A model generated the notes under the pieces. The model was not told the DNA's origin, searched no databases, and saw nothing but the letters and a program-made list of their open reading frames with translations. Made by a program: the position numbers and the translations under genes. From Vairimorpha necatrix (lineage: Eukaryota), in NCBI GenBank assembly GCA_036630325.1, contig CP142732.1, forward strand, positions 310,001 to 374,000: a stretch of DNA of 64,000 bases. Reading direction: 5' to 3'. The first letter of the stretch is position 1, and each line of letters opens with the position of its first letter. Of this stretch, positions 1 through 10,779 are shown one piece after another.

Positions 1-465
1 AAATCAAGAATTTAAAAGGTTTTGAAGTACAAGCAATCAGAGCACATATGATTTCTTATGAAATTTCAAAAGAACTTTCATCTGTTACTAAGAAGTCAAT
101 TATAATTCTCCATGCGCAAGTTCTCACTTCCATTACCAACTTCTAGACACCATCTACATAGTATCATCCAAAACCTCCTACATTACTAAATTTAAATTAT
201 ATCTTAAACCCAAATCTCGGTTCTTTTATTTAACCAGTTAGTTTTCTAAAGCTAATTTTACTTACTGCTATTGTTTTCTCATATATCGTCAACTACTATT
301 TAAAATGTAACTATTATAAGTATTTGATAACTATTCACTATAATTTTTTGCAAATAAAATATAAATAGGCGGTACTTCATTTTCTTGTCCTCTTAAAAAA
401 AATTTTATTCACAAGAAGTTTATTATTCAATCTAACATATAAAGTTCAATTTTGATTATAAATAT

Positions 466-3400
466 TGTGGTATTATAAATACCACAAATTATTTATTTTT
501 ATTTTATCAATTTTCCCTTTTTGGAAAATAGACCATTCGACCGGTCTATTCCAAAAATCAAATATTTATTTCCTTTTTGCCCTGACCCCTACAAAATTAT
601 GAGACAAGACAAAGATCAGTACCCTTGGAATCCACGACCAAGGAAGGGCCTCAGAGCCAGGGACCAGTATCCCATTACGGATGCCCAACGAGGCTTTAAT
701 CAATCAAATAAAACATATAATTTAATAGAACTATATTTGTCCAGAGGTAGCTCCTCTGGATTGCGTCATTTTGAATTCAAAGACGAATTAAATAGTAATT
801 ACGAAGATAGAAATTCCATGTTCGAATACAGAGAATTCGACATGAAGATCACTGGAACAGATGTGATAAGTAAAGAAAAATTAAAAATTATTAAAAAACC
901 ATCAGAAATTTCAATGGTGGAGCTACAGAAATTTGAGAATCTAGCAGAGGCCAATGGCTGGAATGATGAGCAGATGGGAAGAATATATGGGACCATGTTA
1001 GTTGGTGATCACTTTTTAAACGCCAAGTATAGTAAATCATACTTAAAATTAAGAGCGGCATTACTAGAAATTGCCTATCCTAGAAACATGAGATTTAGAA
1101 TTGCACAGGAGCTCGAAGATGTTAGGCAGTGCAACCACATATATCTGGAAGATTATGTTAAGAATATTTCCCAAAAGTTAGATGCCTACAGTTTCTCAAA
1201 TAATTTAACTAAGCAAGAAGCTGAGAGAAAATTTTCAGAAGTATTTTTTAGAGGACTAGGTAAACAAACTGAGATGGAACTTTGCAAAAATGAGGTTAAT
1301 ACGCGGACCACTTCAGACGTTATTGCTTATCTAAAGACTTTAGAATCAACTATTATTTCTCAAATAGGAAGACGAAACAAGAATGGATATGTACCTAAAG
1401 AAACAAGCAAAATTTGCAAATCAAGAAATCCCTATTGTAGTGTGCACAAGAGCTTTTCGCACAATACAAGAGATTGTAGACTTCGGAACAATCTCAAAGA
1501 TACTAAAGATAAAACGATACATTTTGAAGAAAAAACAAAAAGAAATAATATGGTTATTCAGCTAGGAACAACAAGTAATCAGAAAGAAGTAAAAATAGTA
1601 GGAATATTAGACTCCAATAATTACTTATTGTTAATTGATACAGGTTCACACTTGAATTTTGTGAGTGAACAAGTGGTCAACATGAATGATCATATAGCTG
1701 AACCGTGTCAGCCCTTCACTACTATATTTGGAAATGGAGATGAAAGAATGATTAACACTAAAGCTAGAATACGAATAAGGTTGTCTCCAAATATTATCAT
1801 GGATATTGAATTCTATATTATTAAAAATTGCCCGGTCGATTTACTACTAGGATCTGAATGGCTAAGGAAGAATAAAGCTACAATTGATTTTGCTAACCAA
1901 TCACTTGTTATCAACAATGAAAAAATTCCCTTTATGGACGCGATACTAAACACGGATGAGATGTTAAATGAACGATTTAACAATTTACTTTATGTGTCTC
2001 CTTCGAAGGAAATTTATATTTCACACCTTGAAAATTATAAGAAACTAAATGATAAATTTTACTCTATGAAAATGGATGAAGCTCGATTTACGGTTATAAA
2101 GAAGTTGAATATCACGCGACATAAATTCTACAATATAGCTTTTAAATATTATGAAAGAGCAAGAAAGGAGGTTAAAAGATTACTTGATGAAGATATTATA
2201 GAGAAATCTAGAGCAACTTTCGCAAGCCCAGGATATTTTATCGAAAAGAAAACTGGTGAATTAAGACTGGTCATAAATTTTAAAGAGATAAATGATCACA
2301 TCGAAGATGACATTTTTTCAATACCAAAAATAGATGACTGTATACTAAGGATGGGAAGAAATAAGTACTTTTCTCAAATAGATTTAAAGAACGGATTCAA
2401 CCAGAAAAAAATTCAGCAAGAAAGCAGAGATTTGACCTCATTTATGATTATGGGAGCCCAATACCGATACAAACGTATACCCTTTGGCATTAAACCGGGT
2501 CCAAAAATTTTCCAAAGATACATCACTGAAATATTACACGAAGTGGATAACTGCTTCGTGTACATAGATGATATTGTATTATTCTCAGAAACCAAGGAAG
2601 AACACAACAAATTAATCGTAAATGTTCTGAACAAACTCAGAGAAAAAAATGTCAAAATAAACTTCGAAAAAAGTAACTTTATGAAAGATGAAATCACGGT
2701 ACTAGGAAATACAATAAATGCTGATGGTGTGTTTCCAGCGAACAAATTGATTCCTAAAGAAATATTAGAGAGAAGACTAAAAACTAAAAGAGATGTCCAA
2801 AAACTATTAGGGACGATTGGATGGTATAAAAAATTCCTACCAAATTTGTCTACAAAATTACTTCCATTAACAAACATGCTGCAGCGAGGAGCAAAAATAG
2901 AATCGACTCAGCATGTTAAGAACATTATTAAGGACATAAGCGAATTTATTAAAAATAGAGCGAGATTAATCTGCCCAGATTACACAAAGTCATTCACCTT
3001 AGAATGTGATGCTTCTGATATGGGGATAGGTAGTGTACTTTACCAAGAGGATGGTCAAATTGGATATTTTAGTAAAAAATTTGGAAAGGTTGAACTAAAT
3101 TATAGTATTGTAGAAAAGGAATATCTTGGAATCCTTTTATCACTCATACACTTTAAAGGCATCTTGCAAGGAAATTTTGTAGAAGTCAGAACAGACAGTA
3201 AAAATTGCTTACACAACGTGAAACTAGAAACCCCAAGAATGTGTCGTTGGAAGTTAATCATTAATGAATTTAACCATAAATTAATACACATCATAGGTAA
3301 AGAAAATGTAATTGCAGATAGTTTATCGAGATGCTTCACAATTATCAAAAACAATGAAGATGGATACATAAAAATGGTCAAAGATGCAATGATAAAGGAC

Positions 3401-4677
3401 AAAAATCAAAGGATAAAAATGAATAAAGACGGAAAATTTTTTATGAAACCAAACAAAGTAAAACACTGGTTATATAAAATACATCATGAACAAGGCCATA
3501 GAGGAATAACAACAATGTATAATAATCTAAAGAATTTTTTTTATGTTCCACATCTATTCCATAGGATCAAACAAATAGTAAATGATTGTCGAAAATGCAA
3601 AACTTACAAAGTAACTTATGTCAAAAGAGAGGTAGGAGCCCATATGTCAGCCGAAAACAATCTTGGAAGAATTAGCTCGGACATATATGGTCCATTTAAT
3701 TTAGAGAAATTTAAGGACGCGGGTAAGTATAATAAAGGATTTATTATTACAGTAACAGACATAAAGACACGATACACGAAACTATATTTAGCATATAAAA
3801 TAAGAGGAGAAGAGATTATAAGCGCAATCAGCAATTGGACTGAATTAACAAAACGTAAACCTACAATACTAATATCAGATAACGGAAAGCAGCATACAAG
3901 CAAACAAGTTGAACAATATTTAAACGAAGTGGACATAAAGCACTTACGCGTTCCAACATATACCCCAAGTTCAAATGGTATATCAGAGTCAGTAAACCGC
4001 ACTATAACATTCATACTGTTTATAATGAAAGGCGAAAATATAATCACAGCCATTGATATGTGCGAATGGGTGATCAATAATAACTATAATAGATCAATAG
4101 GATGTTCCCCCAATGCTGCGTTAAATGGGAAAGAATACTATGATCCACTAGAAAGAGCAATACAAATGCGTAATATAAAAAAAACATTAACTACTCCCAA
4201 ATTCAGGCTAGGCGACGAAGTATATGTAAGGAATTTGACAGCTACGAAATTAGACCGGAAGTACTTAAGAAAGAGAAAGGTAACGCAATTAGGAGCCAAA
4301 GGAAAATGGGTAAAGGTTAATGGAATCTCTGAGTGGATACATGTCAAGAACATAAAACTTTAGAGAGGGTAGAATGTGGTATTATAAATACCACAAAATA
4401 TTTATTTTTATTTTATCAATTTTCCCTTTTTGGAAAATAGACCATTCGACCGGTCTATTCCAAAAATCAAATATTTATTTCCTTTTTGGCCTGACCCCCA
4501 CAAAATTATGAGACAAGACAAAGATCAGTACCCTTGGAATCCACGACCAAGGAAGGGCCTCAGAGCCAGGGACCAGTATCCCATTACGGATGCCCAACGA
4601 GGCTTTAATCAAATAAATAAAACGTATTATTTAATAGAACTATATTTGTCCAGAGGTAGCTCCTCTGGATTGCGTCA
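466..4677 (+). mobile_element. Full-length Ty3/Gypsy LTR retrotransposon (element A)
   Basis: 303-bp LTRs 466-768 and 4375-4677 (TG...CA, about 7 substitutions by eye), 5-bp TSD AATAT (461-465, 4678-4682), PPT AGAGAGGGTAGAA 4362-4374, single ORF with PR-RT-RH-IN order. Confidence 0.96.
599..4363 (+). CDS. Gag-Pol polyprotein (Gag, aspartic protease, RT, RNase H, integrase)
   Basis: LIDTGS protease, YIDDIV RT, ECDASD RNase H, HHEQGH...CRKC plus SDNG...SES integrase. Track start 521 is TTG; first in-frame ATG is 599, after a CCCC motif. Confidence 0.93.
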   Translation: MRQDKDQYPWNPRPRKGLRARDQYPITDAQRGFNQSNKTYNLIELYLSRGSSSGLRHFEFKDELNSNYEDRNSMFEYREFDMKITGTDVISKEKLKIIKKPSEISMVELQKFENLAEANGWNDEQMGRIYGTMLVGDHFLNAKYSKSYLKLRAALLEIAYPRNMRFRIAQELEDVRQCNHIYLEDYVKNISQKLDAYSFSNNLTKQEAERKFSEVFFRGLGKQTEMELCKNEVNTRTTSDVIAYLKTLESTIISQIGRRNKNGYVPKETSKICKSRNPYCSVHKSFSHNTRDCRLRNNLKDTKDKTIHFEEKTKRNNMVIQLGTTSNQKEVKIVGILDSNNYLLLIDTGSHLNFVSEQVVNMNDHIAEPCQPFTTIFGNGDERMINTKARIRIRLSPNIIMDIEFYIIKNCPVDLLLGSEWLRKNKATIDFANQSLVINNEKIPFMDAILNTDEMLNERFNNLLYVSPSKEIYISHLENYKKLNDKFYSMKMDEARFTVIKKLNITRHKFYNIAFKYYERARKEVKRLLDEDIIEKSRATFASPGYFIEKKTGELRLVINFKEINDHIEDDIFSIPKIDDCILRMGRNKYFSQIDLKNGFNQKKIQQESRDLTSFMIMGAQYRYKRIPFGIKPGPKIFQRYITEILHEVDNCFVYIDDIVLFSETKEEHNKLIVNVLNKLREKNVKINFEKSNFMKDEITVLGNTINADGVFPANKLIPKEILERRLKTKRDVQKLLGTIGWYKKFLPNLSTKLLPLTNMLQRGAKIESTQHVKNIIKDISEFIKNRARLICPDYTKSFTLECDASDMGIGSVLYQEDGQIGYFSKKFGKVELNYSIVEKEYLGILLSLIHFKGILQGNFVEVRTDSKNCLHNVKLETPRMCRWKLIINEFNHKLIHIIGKENVIADSLSRCFTIIKNNEDGYIKMVKDAMIKDKNQRIKMNKDGKFFMKPNKVKHWLYKIHHEQGHRGITTMYNNLKNFFYVPHLFHRIKQIVNDCRKCKTYKVTYVKREVGAHMSAENNLGRISSDIYGPFNLEKFKDAGKYNKGFIITVTDIKTRYTKLYLAYKIRGEEIISAISNWTELTKRKPTILISDNGKQHTSKQVEQYLNEVDIKHLRVPTYTPSSNGISESVNRTITFILFIMKGENIITAIDMCEWVINNNYNRSIGCSPNAALNGKEYYDPLERAIQMRNIKKTLTTPKFRLGDEVYVRNLTATKLDRKYLRKRKVTQLGAKGKWVKVNGISEWIHVKNIKL

Positions 4678-6084
4678 AATATAATGATTCATTATTTGAC
4701 TGGTTGTTTTTTTTTATAAAAATTCTTTAAAAATAAATGAATTCTTTTCCTATCAACCAACATCTTGATCTATATTCGCTCTCTTATGGTACCATAAATT
4801 TTTTATATAATTTGTGTTGTCTTCTTTCGCCTCTATAAAGCCAAGCGAGTGATTTACTATGTATTATTCGCTTACGAAATTTCCTGACGCCGAAGAATAA
4901 GAAAATTAACGGTAATCAGTAACAGGCTAGCTTATACTCTAAGTTCAAAAAATCTTCAATAGTAGTAGATTGTCGATTTTGAAGAAATCAAGAACAATTT
5001 TTTATAATTTATAATAACGCCTAAGATCCATTGAATTCGGGCATAGAATACAAAGTTAAAGTAGAATTAGATCAATAATCCCGTTGCATATGGCGAATTT
5101 ATCAAATTGTTGTCAAAAAGAAGGACCTCCAATTTAGTAGCTAGCTTCACTATGCAAGGCAATTACTTCAATCACTGTATTCTTGATTTTATCAGATAAA
5201 TTACATATTTTACAAAAATCTATTGATTATTAAGTGGTATAATTCAATACCTAGCAATGTAATGCTCTGAGAAGTTTGTGGAATGGGTAGCTTATCCCTA
5301 AGAAATTCCCTATTTAAATTACGATTTTCATTAACAAAACGATAAGCTTTACTGTCAGTAAAGCTGGAACATCCATACGTTCATAAGAACACGTCGTTCT
5401 GAGGTCGAACAATGTCTGCAAGCAAACAATCATTTTAGAAGGCCCTTTACTAAAAAGTTTAATTGCTGCTTCAATGTTCCTAAAGCACATATCTTCACAG
5501 ATATTCATTTCCAAGATAGTATCCTTGATTTTTAATCTTAAGGAGACTGTTACCAGAGGAAAAACTGGTTTTTTAGGAAGTATTTCTGATATAATGAGAA
5601 CTATTTTTATTGGAATTATACTCTATTAAAGTTTTTTTAAATATTTTGATATAAATCATTAGCAACTGTTTCATCTTTCAATTTCAGTCTGATTTAAGGC
5701 GTGTGCAATGCAGCCGGTAACACTCTCCCATACTTAGAACAAGGCTTCACTTCCCGAAGATGTTATATTTCCAGTAGATTGTCAACCGTTTGTATATTAC
5801 AAATTCATTTTTGTTAATAAAATGTTCCAATCCACCTTCAAGACTCCTTAATTCATAGGCACCTTTAGGTTTTTTTTGGATCATGAGTATTATACGACAT
5901 ATATAAAAAATAAAGATTTGGCAGACTAAGAGACAAAAAAAATCATGATGCATATTAAAAATATTCAACAACCATAGTAAAATTGATTTTGAACCTTCTA
6001 TATCGATCTCAAAACTTAATTTCTATAAAATTATTTTGCAATATTTTTTTTAAATACCTTTCATTATTGATTTTAAATTTTTGC

Positions 6085-6490
6085 TTGGCCCCGTTTGATA
6101 TTACATGTTGAGTAGAGACTTCTGTGTTAAGATTCATAAAATTGAGAGAATGATATACTATTGATTTCTAACTTCTAATATTTTCTAGATTTTTATGTAG
6201 ATGACCCTTTAATCGCTGTATAAAATACTCCTATATTTATGATAATTTTTAATAATAGGTAACAGAATTTCCTTAGATCTATTAGTTACGACTTTCAAAT
6301 ATTCTTTTGCCGGTATAAGGTGGTATCGACAATACCGAAAATTACACTTAAAGATTTGAACTCCTACCAATATGACATTTCTGCTTGACGCGAAATAATG
6401 ATTCGAATACTTAGCATACAAGTTTCGTTACTTCTAACAAAATGAGTTTCATAAAAGTTTTATGAAACTAAAACCCCCAAACTATAATTT
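6085..6490 (-). pseudogene. Degraded Merlin/IS1595-like transposase remnant
   Basis: VTNRSKEILLPIIKNYHKYRSILYSD resembles VPNRSAGVLLPIIARICRPGTIINSD of the Merlin element at 55772-56890. Boundaries approximate. Confidence 0.5.
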
Positions 6491-8165
6491 AGAAAGATTT
6501 TTTTACTTCAATGACAATTGACATCTAATATTATATTTTCATTTTTCAACCACATTATTTAACGGTTAAGACGTCAGATAGACTCAATTTAAATAGTAAA
6601 AGAGTTAATCGTACGCTAAAAAAAATGAGAACATTTCCACTTTACACCCCTACATATATAAATACCAATTTAAAAAAATATCCCAAGCTTTTGAAATTCA
6701 AAGCAGACAGAACGAGAAAGAGAAAGATCTCAAAACAAAAATTTCAATAAAACAAGATAATAACTAAAAATAAATTGTCGTAGGAGATCTTGGGATCCTA
6801 CATGTTTGACATTTCTTAATATTTAAAACTTTTATATTTTACCCCCAAGCAACATGGAAAGAAAGGAGATAAAAATAAATAAAAGACTAAATATCGACAT
6901 GGCGACAATATCAAGAGCTATTAGTGATTTTAGTGGAGATGGAGGAAAGGGCATTGAGATGTGGCTAAAGAAAGTGAACATCTTGTCGCGGGCTGCAGAA
7001 TTATCAGAGAACGCTATTTTGGGGTTGATCATATTTAAACTGACTGGAATTGCCCAAACGTACTTAATATCTCTGACAAATGGGAACATTGCCAATATCA
7101 CCTTGACAAGTTTAATAATGAATTTAAAAAATTGTTCGGTAATCAAACTAACACAGACGAGATTCTTGGTCGTTTTCTAGCCACCAAAACGGTAAATTCA
7201 TACGAAGAATATGTAGCACTGCTTAAAGAAGCTACTACATTGTTTGAAAGAGAATGCATATAACAAAAATCACTAATAAGGATGACTATTTCGAAGTCAC
7301 CACAGGAACTTAAAGCCTTGTTATATCAATACTCATGTTGCGCTTCAGATTGGAATCACTTTGTCCAACAAGCGGAGGCGGCGGCCTGGATGGCTTTTCC
7401 CGAGAGAATCAATAATAGAATAGCATCTACTGGAGCAAAGACGGTTTATCAGAAAGATCAAAAACTCAGAAGACTCAAGGAAAAGGGCCTTTCTGCATTA
7501 TCCACAAGCAGGGAAGTCACACAACAGAGAATTGCTACGTTTTTAAGCAATTGGAAGAAAAGGGATGGAAGAAAGGAAAATCGGCTAATGTGTTGGAAGA
7601 AATAAAAAACATAGAAAGAAACATTGACGAAGACAATTAGACTTTAACATCAACTCAATAAATTTACTTAGTTTTAAAAGAAATCCCCTCTTTATATATT
7701 CTACTCGTTCAAAGGCTGCTCCTCATCTAACACTCATTGATACAGGAGCCGATATCTCACTGATAAACATGAATCAGATATCAGATAAAAATAAGATAAC
7801 ATCTACAAGTGCGAAAATTAGATCAGCCTCGGGCGCTTTCATCAATATAATAGGTGAAATTGAGGACCTTAGATTAAGAGTGCTCGATCTAGAAATTATT
7901 TACTCCCCATTGGTTTGTAAAGGACTATCTGACTATTCTATCATCGGAACTGATGTTATGATAAAATATCCACGCTTATTTCAAAAAATTCTATGAAATT
8001 TCTTACCTTCAACAAGAATAAATAAAATTCCATCGAGCCGGAGACTAGTGCAGAAACTAAAACATATTTTACAGAAGGAAATATTAGATCTAACACTAGT
8101 CATGTATGTGAGAGTATGGGCCAACCAATCACTTCTGAAATTCGTCCCCAAGAGAACTAAATAAT

Positions 8166-9983
8166 TGTCGCGCGCGCGGGGCGCACGTGCGCCCAGCCCG
8201 CACACGGCCCAATTCCTGCTTTTTGAGCCATTTTTCATTTTTTTAAGGGTGCTTATGAAAAATGGCTCGCGCGGGGATCGAACCCTTCCTCTTAAAATTT
8301 GACCAGTTCGTTTCAGAATTTCTGACCGCCGAGCTAAACTCAGTTATAAAAAAACCTTAAAAATATAAATAAGTTAAAAACAACACCATTTTAAAAAATA
8401 TTTCATAACATCCCTCAAATGGTCTTACCTGTGAAAAACTCGGAAGAATATAAAAATATTCTAGATATTATTGTAGAAAACAAAGTCGTAAAAGATATTT
8501 CGAGGTTTTCTTTGGCGAGATTAAGGAAAAAGGCTGAACAATTTACAATTGTAGATAATCATCTTTACTTAAGAGGTATCGACAATCTACATTTAAAGGT
8601 TTTTGCACAAACGGATATTTGTGCGATGAAGTTAGAAATGCAAAAACTTCACGTAGATGGGCATTTAGGTCAGAATGCCCTATACCTAAAAAGTAAATGT
8701 TTATATTTTTCAATCCCAAGGGAATTGATACGTGATGTTGTACGTGAATGTAAAATTTGCGCTCAATGTCAGCCTTTGAAGACAAAGGAAAAAATGAAAC
8801 ATATTACAGCAGAATTTCCATGGGAACGCCTAATGATAGATCTTATTGATATGAGATCATACAAGGAGTTTAACGATGGGTATTGCTGGATATTATCTAT
8901 TTTGGATGTATATTCAAAATTTGCCAGAACATATCCATTAAAAGGTAAGACAGCTGAGTGTGTTATAGAGTGTTTGGAGGATTTATTTGAACATTATGGT
9001 GTACCTGGGATCATTCAAAGTGATAATGGTAAGGAGTTTAGGAACAAATTGATGTATGATCTTGCATCAAAATATAAAATCCTTCTAATAAACGGGAGAC
9101 CTAGACATCCACAGACACAGGGTCAGGTGGAACGGTTTAACCAAACAATCACAAGGTTATTATCAAAAAAATTAATGGACGAAGAAACATCAGAACGAAG
9201 TGAAAGGTGGATTGATTGTCTAAAAAAGGTTACTAGTGTTTATAATCAAGCAGTTCATTCTGCGACTTCTTTTACTCCATTTGAGAAAATGTTTAACAGA
9301 GCTGGTTACAACACAGTAGTTCGTAAAAATTTTGAACCTGAGAATAAAGTGTCTTTAGAGTTAGATAGAGAAATATGTCCTGTGTCTGTTGATAATGAAA
9401 TCGATTGTGTTAAAAAGGAAGAAAAATCTAAAGAAGACTGTGTATTTTCGAGTTACCAAAAAAAATACTTTGCACGAATGGATAGACGCGCGGTACACAA
9501 TTCTATTTATGATTTTGAAGTAGGTGATACTGTTTTATTGAAAAAAGATTTTGATAATAATAAAAAAACTAAGAAAAAAAAACTTGAATCTTTCTATCAT
9601 AAAGAGTCTATAGTAATAGAAATTTTATCTAACAATCGAGTAAAGTTAAATTTAGAAGGAAATGAAGTTATAGTAGATTTAAATTTGATTAAAAAAATAA
9701 AAAATTAGTTTATATATTTTTTCAGTACTTTTACTTATAAGGATTCCCGAACCCAACATATTATCTTGAGTTTAAAAAGATTCCAATATCAAAAATATTC
9801 CCATGCAAAAAAAACTTCTGTAAATCTAAACAATTTAATTATCTTTTTAAAGTAAAACAAATCTATTATTTTTTATTCCTTAATTTTCCTTCGGAAAAAA
9901 AAAATTGTTCTCACTGCGCTCGAACCCGGCAAAAACTTCGTTTTTGTGCGGGCTGGGCGCACGTGCGCCCTGGGCGCTTGACA
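8166..9983 (+). mobile_element. Ginger-type (Gypsy-integrase-like) DNA transposon, intact
   Basis: GC-rich imperfect 39-bp TIRs with TGT...ACA ends, 5-bp TSD ATAAT (8161-8165, 9984-9988), single integrase ORF, no RT or LTRs. Inserted between PR and RT of element B. Confidence 0.88.
8419..9708 (+). CDS. Ginger DDE transposase (integrase family)
   Basis: HVDGH...CKIC zinc motif, IDLID, QSDNGKEF, GQVERFNQT catalytic motifs. CCC motif just before the ATG. Confidence 0.9.
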   Translation: MVLPVKNSEEYKNILDIIVENKVVKDISRFSLARLRKKAEQFTIVDNHLYLRGIDNLHLKVFAQTDICAMKLEMQKLHVDGHLGQNALYLKSKCLYFSIPRELIRDVVRECKICAQCQPLKTKEKMKHITAEFPWERLMIDLIDMRSYKEFNDGYCWILSILDVYSKFARTYPLKGKTAECVIECLEDLFEHYGVPGIIQSDNGKEFRNKLMYDLASKYKILLINGRPRHPQTQGQVERFNQTITRLLSKKLMDEETSERSERWIDCLKKVTSVYNQAVHSATSFTPFEKMFNRAGYNTVVRKNFEPENKVSLELDREICPVSVDNEIDCVKKEEKSKEDCVFSSYQKKYFARMDRRAVHNSIYDFEVGDTVLLKKDFDNNKKTKKKKLESFYHKESIVIEILSNNRVKLNLEGNEVIVDLNLIKKIKN

Positions 9984-10607
9984 ATAATTACTAAATTTTC
10001 AGGATGCTTTTTAGAAACCATAGCATCAGAATCCATCAAAGGAGCAACATTACACTTTATAGACACAGGAGATCATCCTCCAATAAACCAAAAGAACTAT
10101 AGAATCCCTATACATTATGAACAAGAAAATAGCGAAGACATTCAAAAGGATTTACAATTGGGTGTTTTAAGAGAATCTAATAGCCCATGGTGTTCAAGAC
10201 TCGTCTCGGTTTAAAAGCCGATAAATCGTTAAGACTATGCATTGACTTCCGAGCTCTAAACAAAATAACGATAAAAGACAAATATCCACTTCCTCGAATT
10301 GATAAAATACTAGACAGATTGGCTGGAGCAAGGACATTTTCTACCCTAGATGCAACATCTGGGTACTGATAGATAGGTATGAACAAATCAGATAAACAGA
10401 AAACGGAATTTGCATGGAAGGGCGGACTATATTAATACAACAGAATGACTTTCGGGTTATGTAATGCCCCTGCTACATTCCAAAGAGCTATGGATAGACT
10501 AATCGGAAATCCGTGCAACGACTTTGTTATTCCCTATCTAGACGATATAATCATTTTCTCAAAGAATGGAAAGGAACACGGGAAACATCTTTTAATTGTG
10601 TTAGAAT

Positions 10608-10779
10608 TGTTGTAACTCTAGTTACCAATCATTGTTATTCATCACATACCAAGCTGTTTCAACACAAGTTGGTCCAATCAAACATGGTTATCACAAACCA
10701 TTGTCTCAGACACAGTATAAAAGAAAAAGTTCTTAAATAAATATGCAATTTCGTTCAGACTCATTTACTCTTTTCAACA
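10608..10779. mobile_element. Solo LTR (172 bp) inserted in the RT of element B
   Basis: TGTTG...CAACA termini with 5-bp TSD AGAAT (10603-10607, 10780-10784). RT sequence resumes after it. Confidence 0.8.

Noticed and set aside
799-4353. Antisense ORFs within pol and LINE ORFs (also 20482-26213 and 50302-53465)
   Set aside because: Shadow frames of long sense ORFs with no independent motifs.
4430-4684. Independent small genes at 4430-4684, 30142-30549 and 39609-39938
   Set aside because: They are the LTR-borne reading frames repeated in 3' or solo LTRs.
8262-8343. Functional tRNA gene inside the Ginger element
   Set aside because: Acceptor and D stems do not pair. Kept only as a tRNA-like A/B-box cassette.
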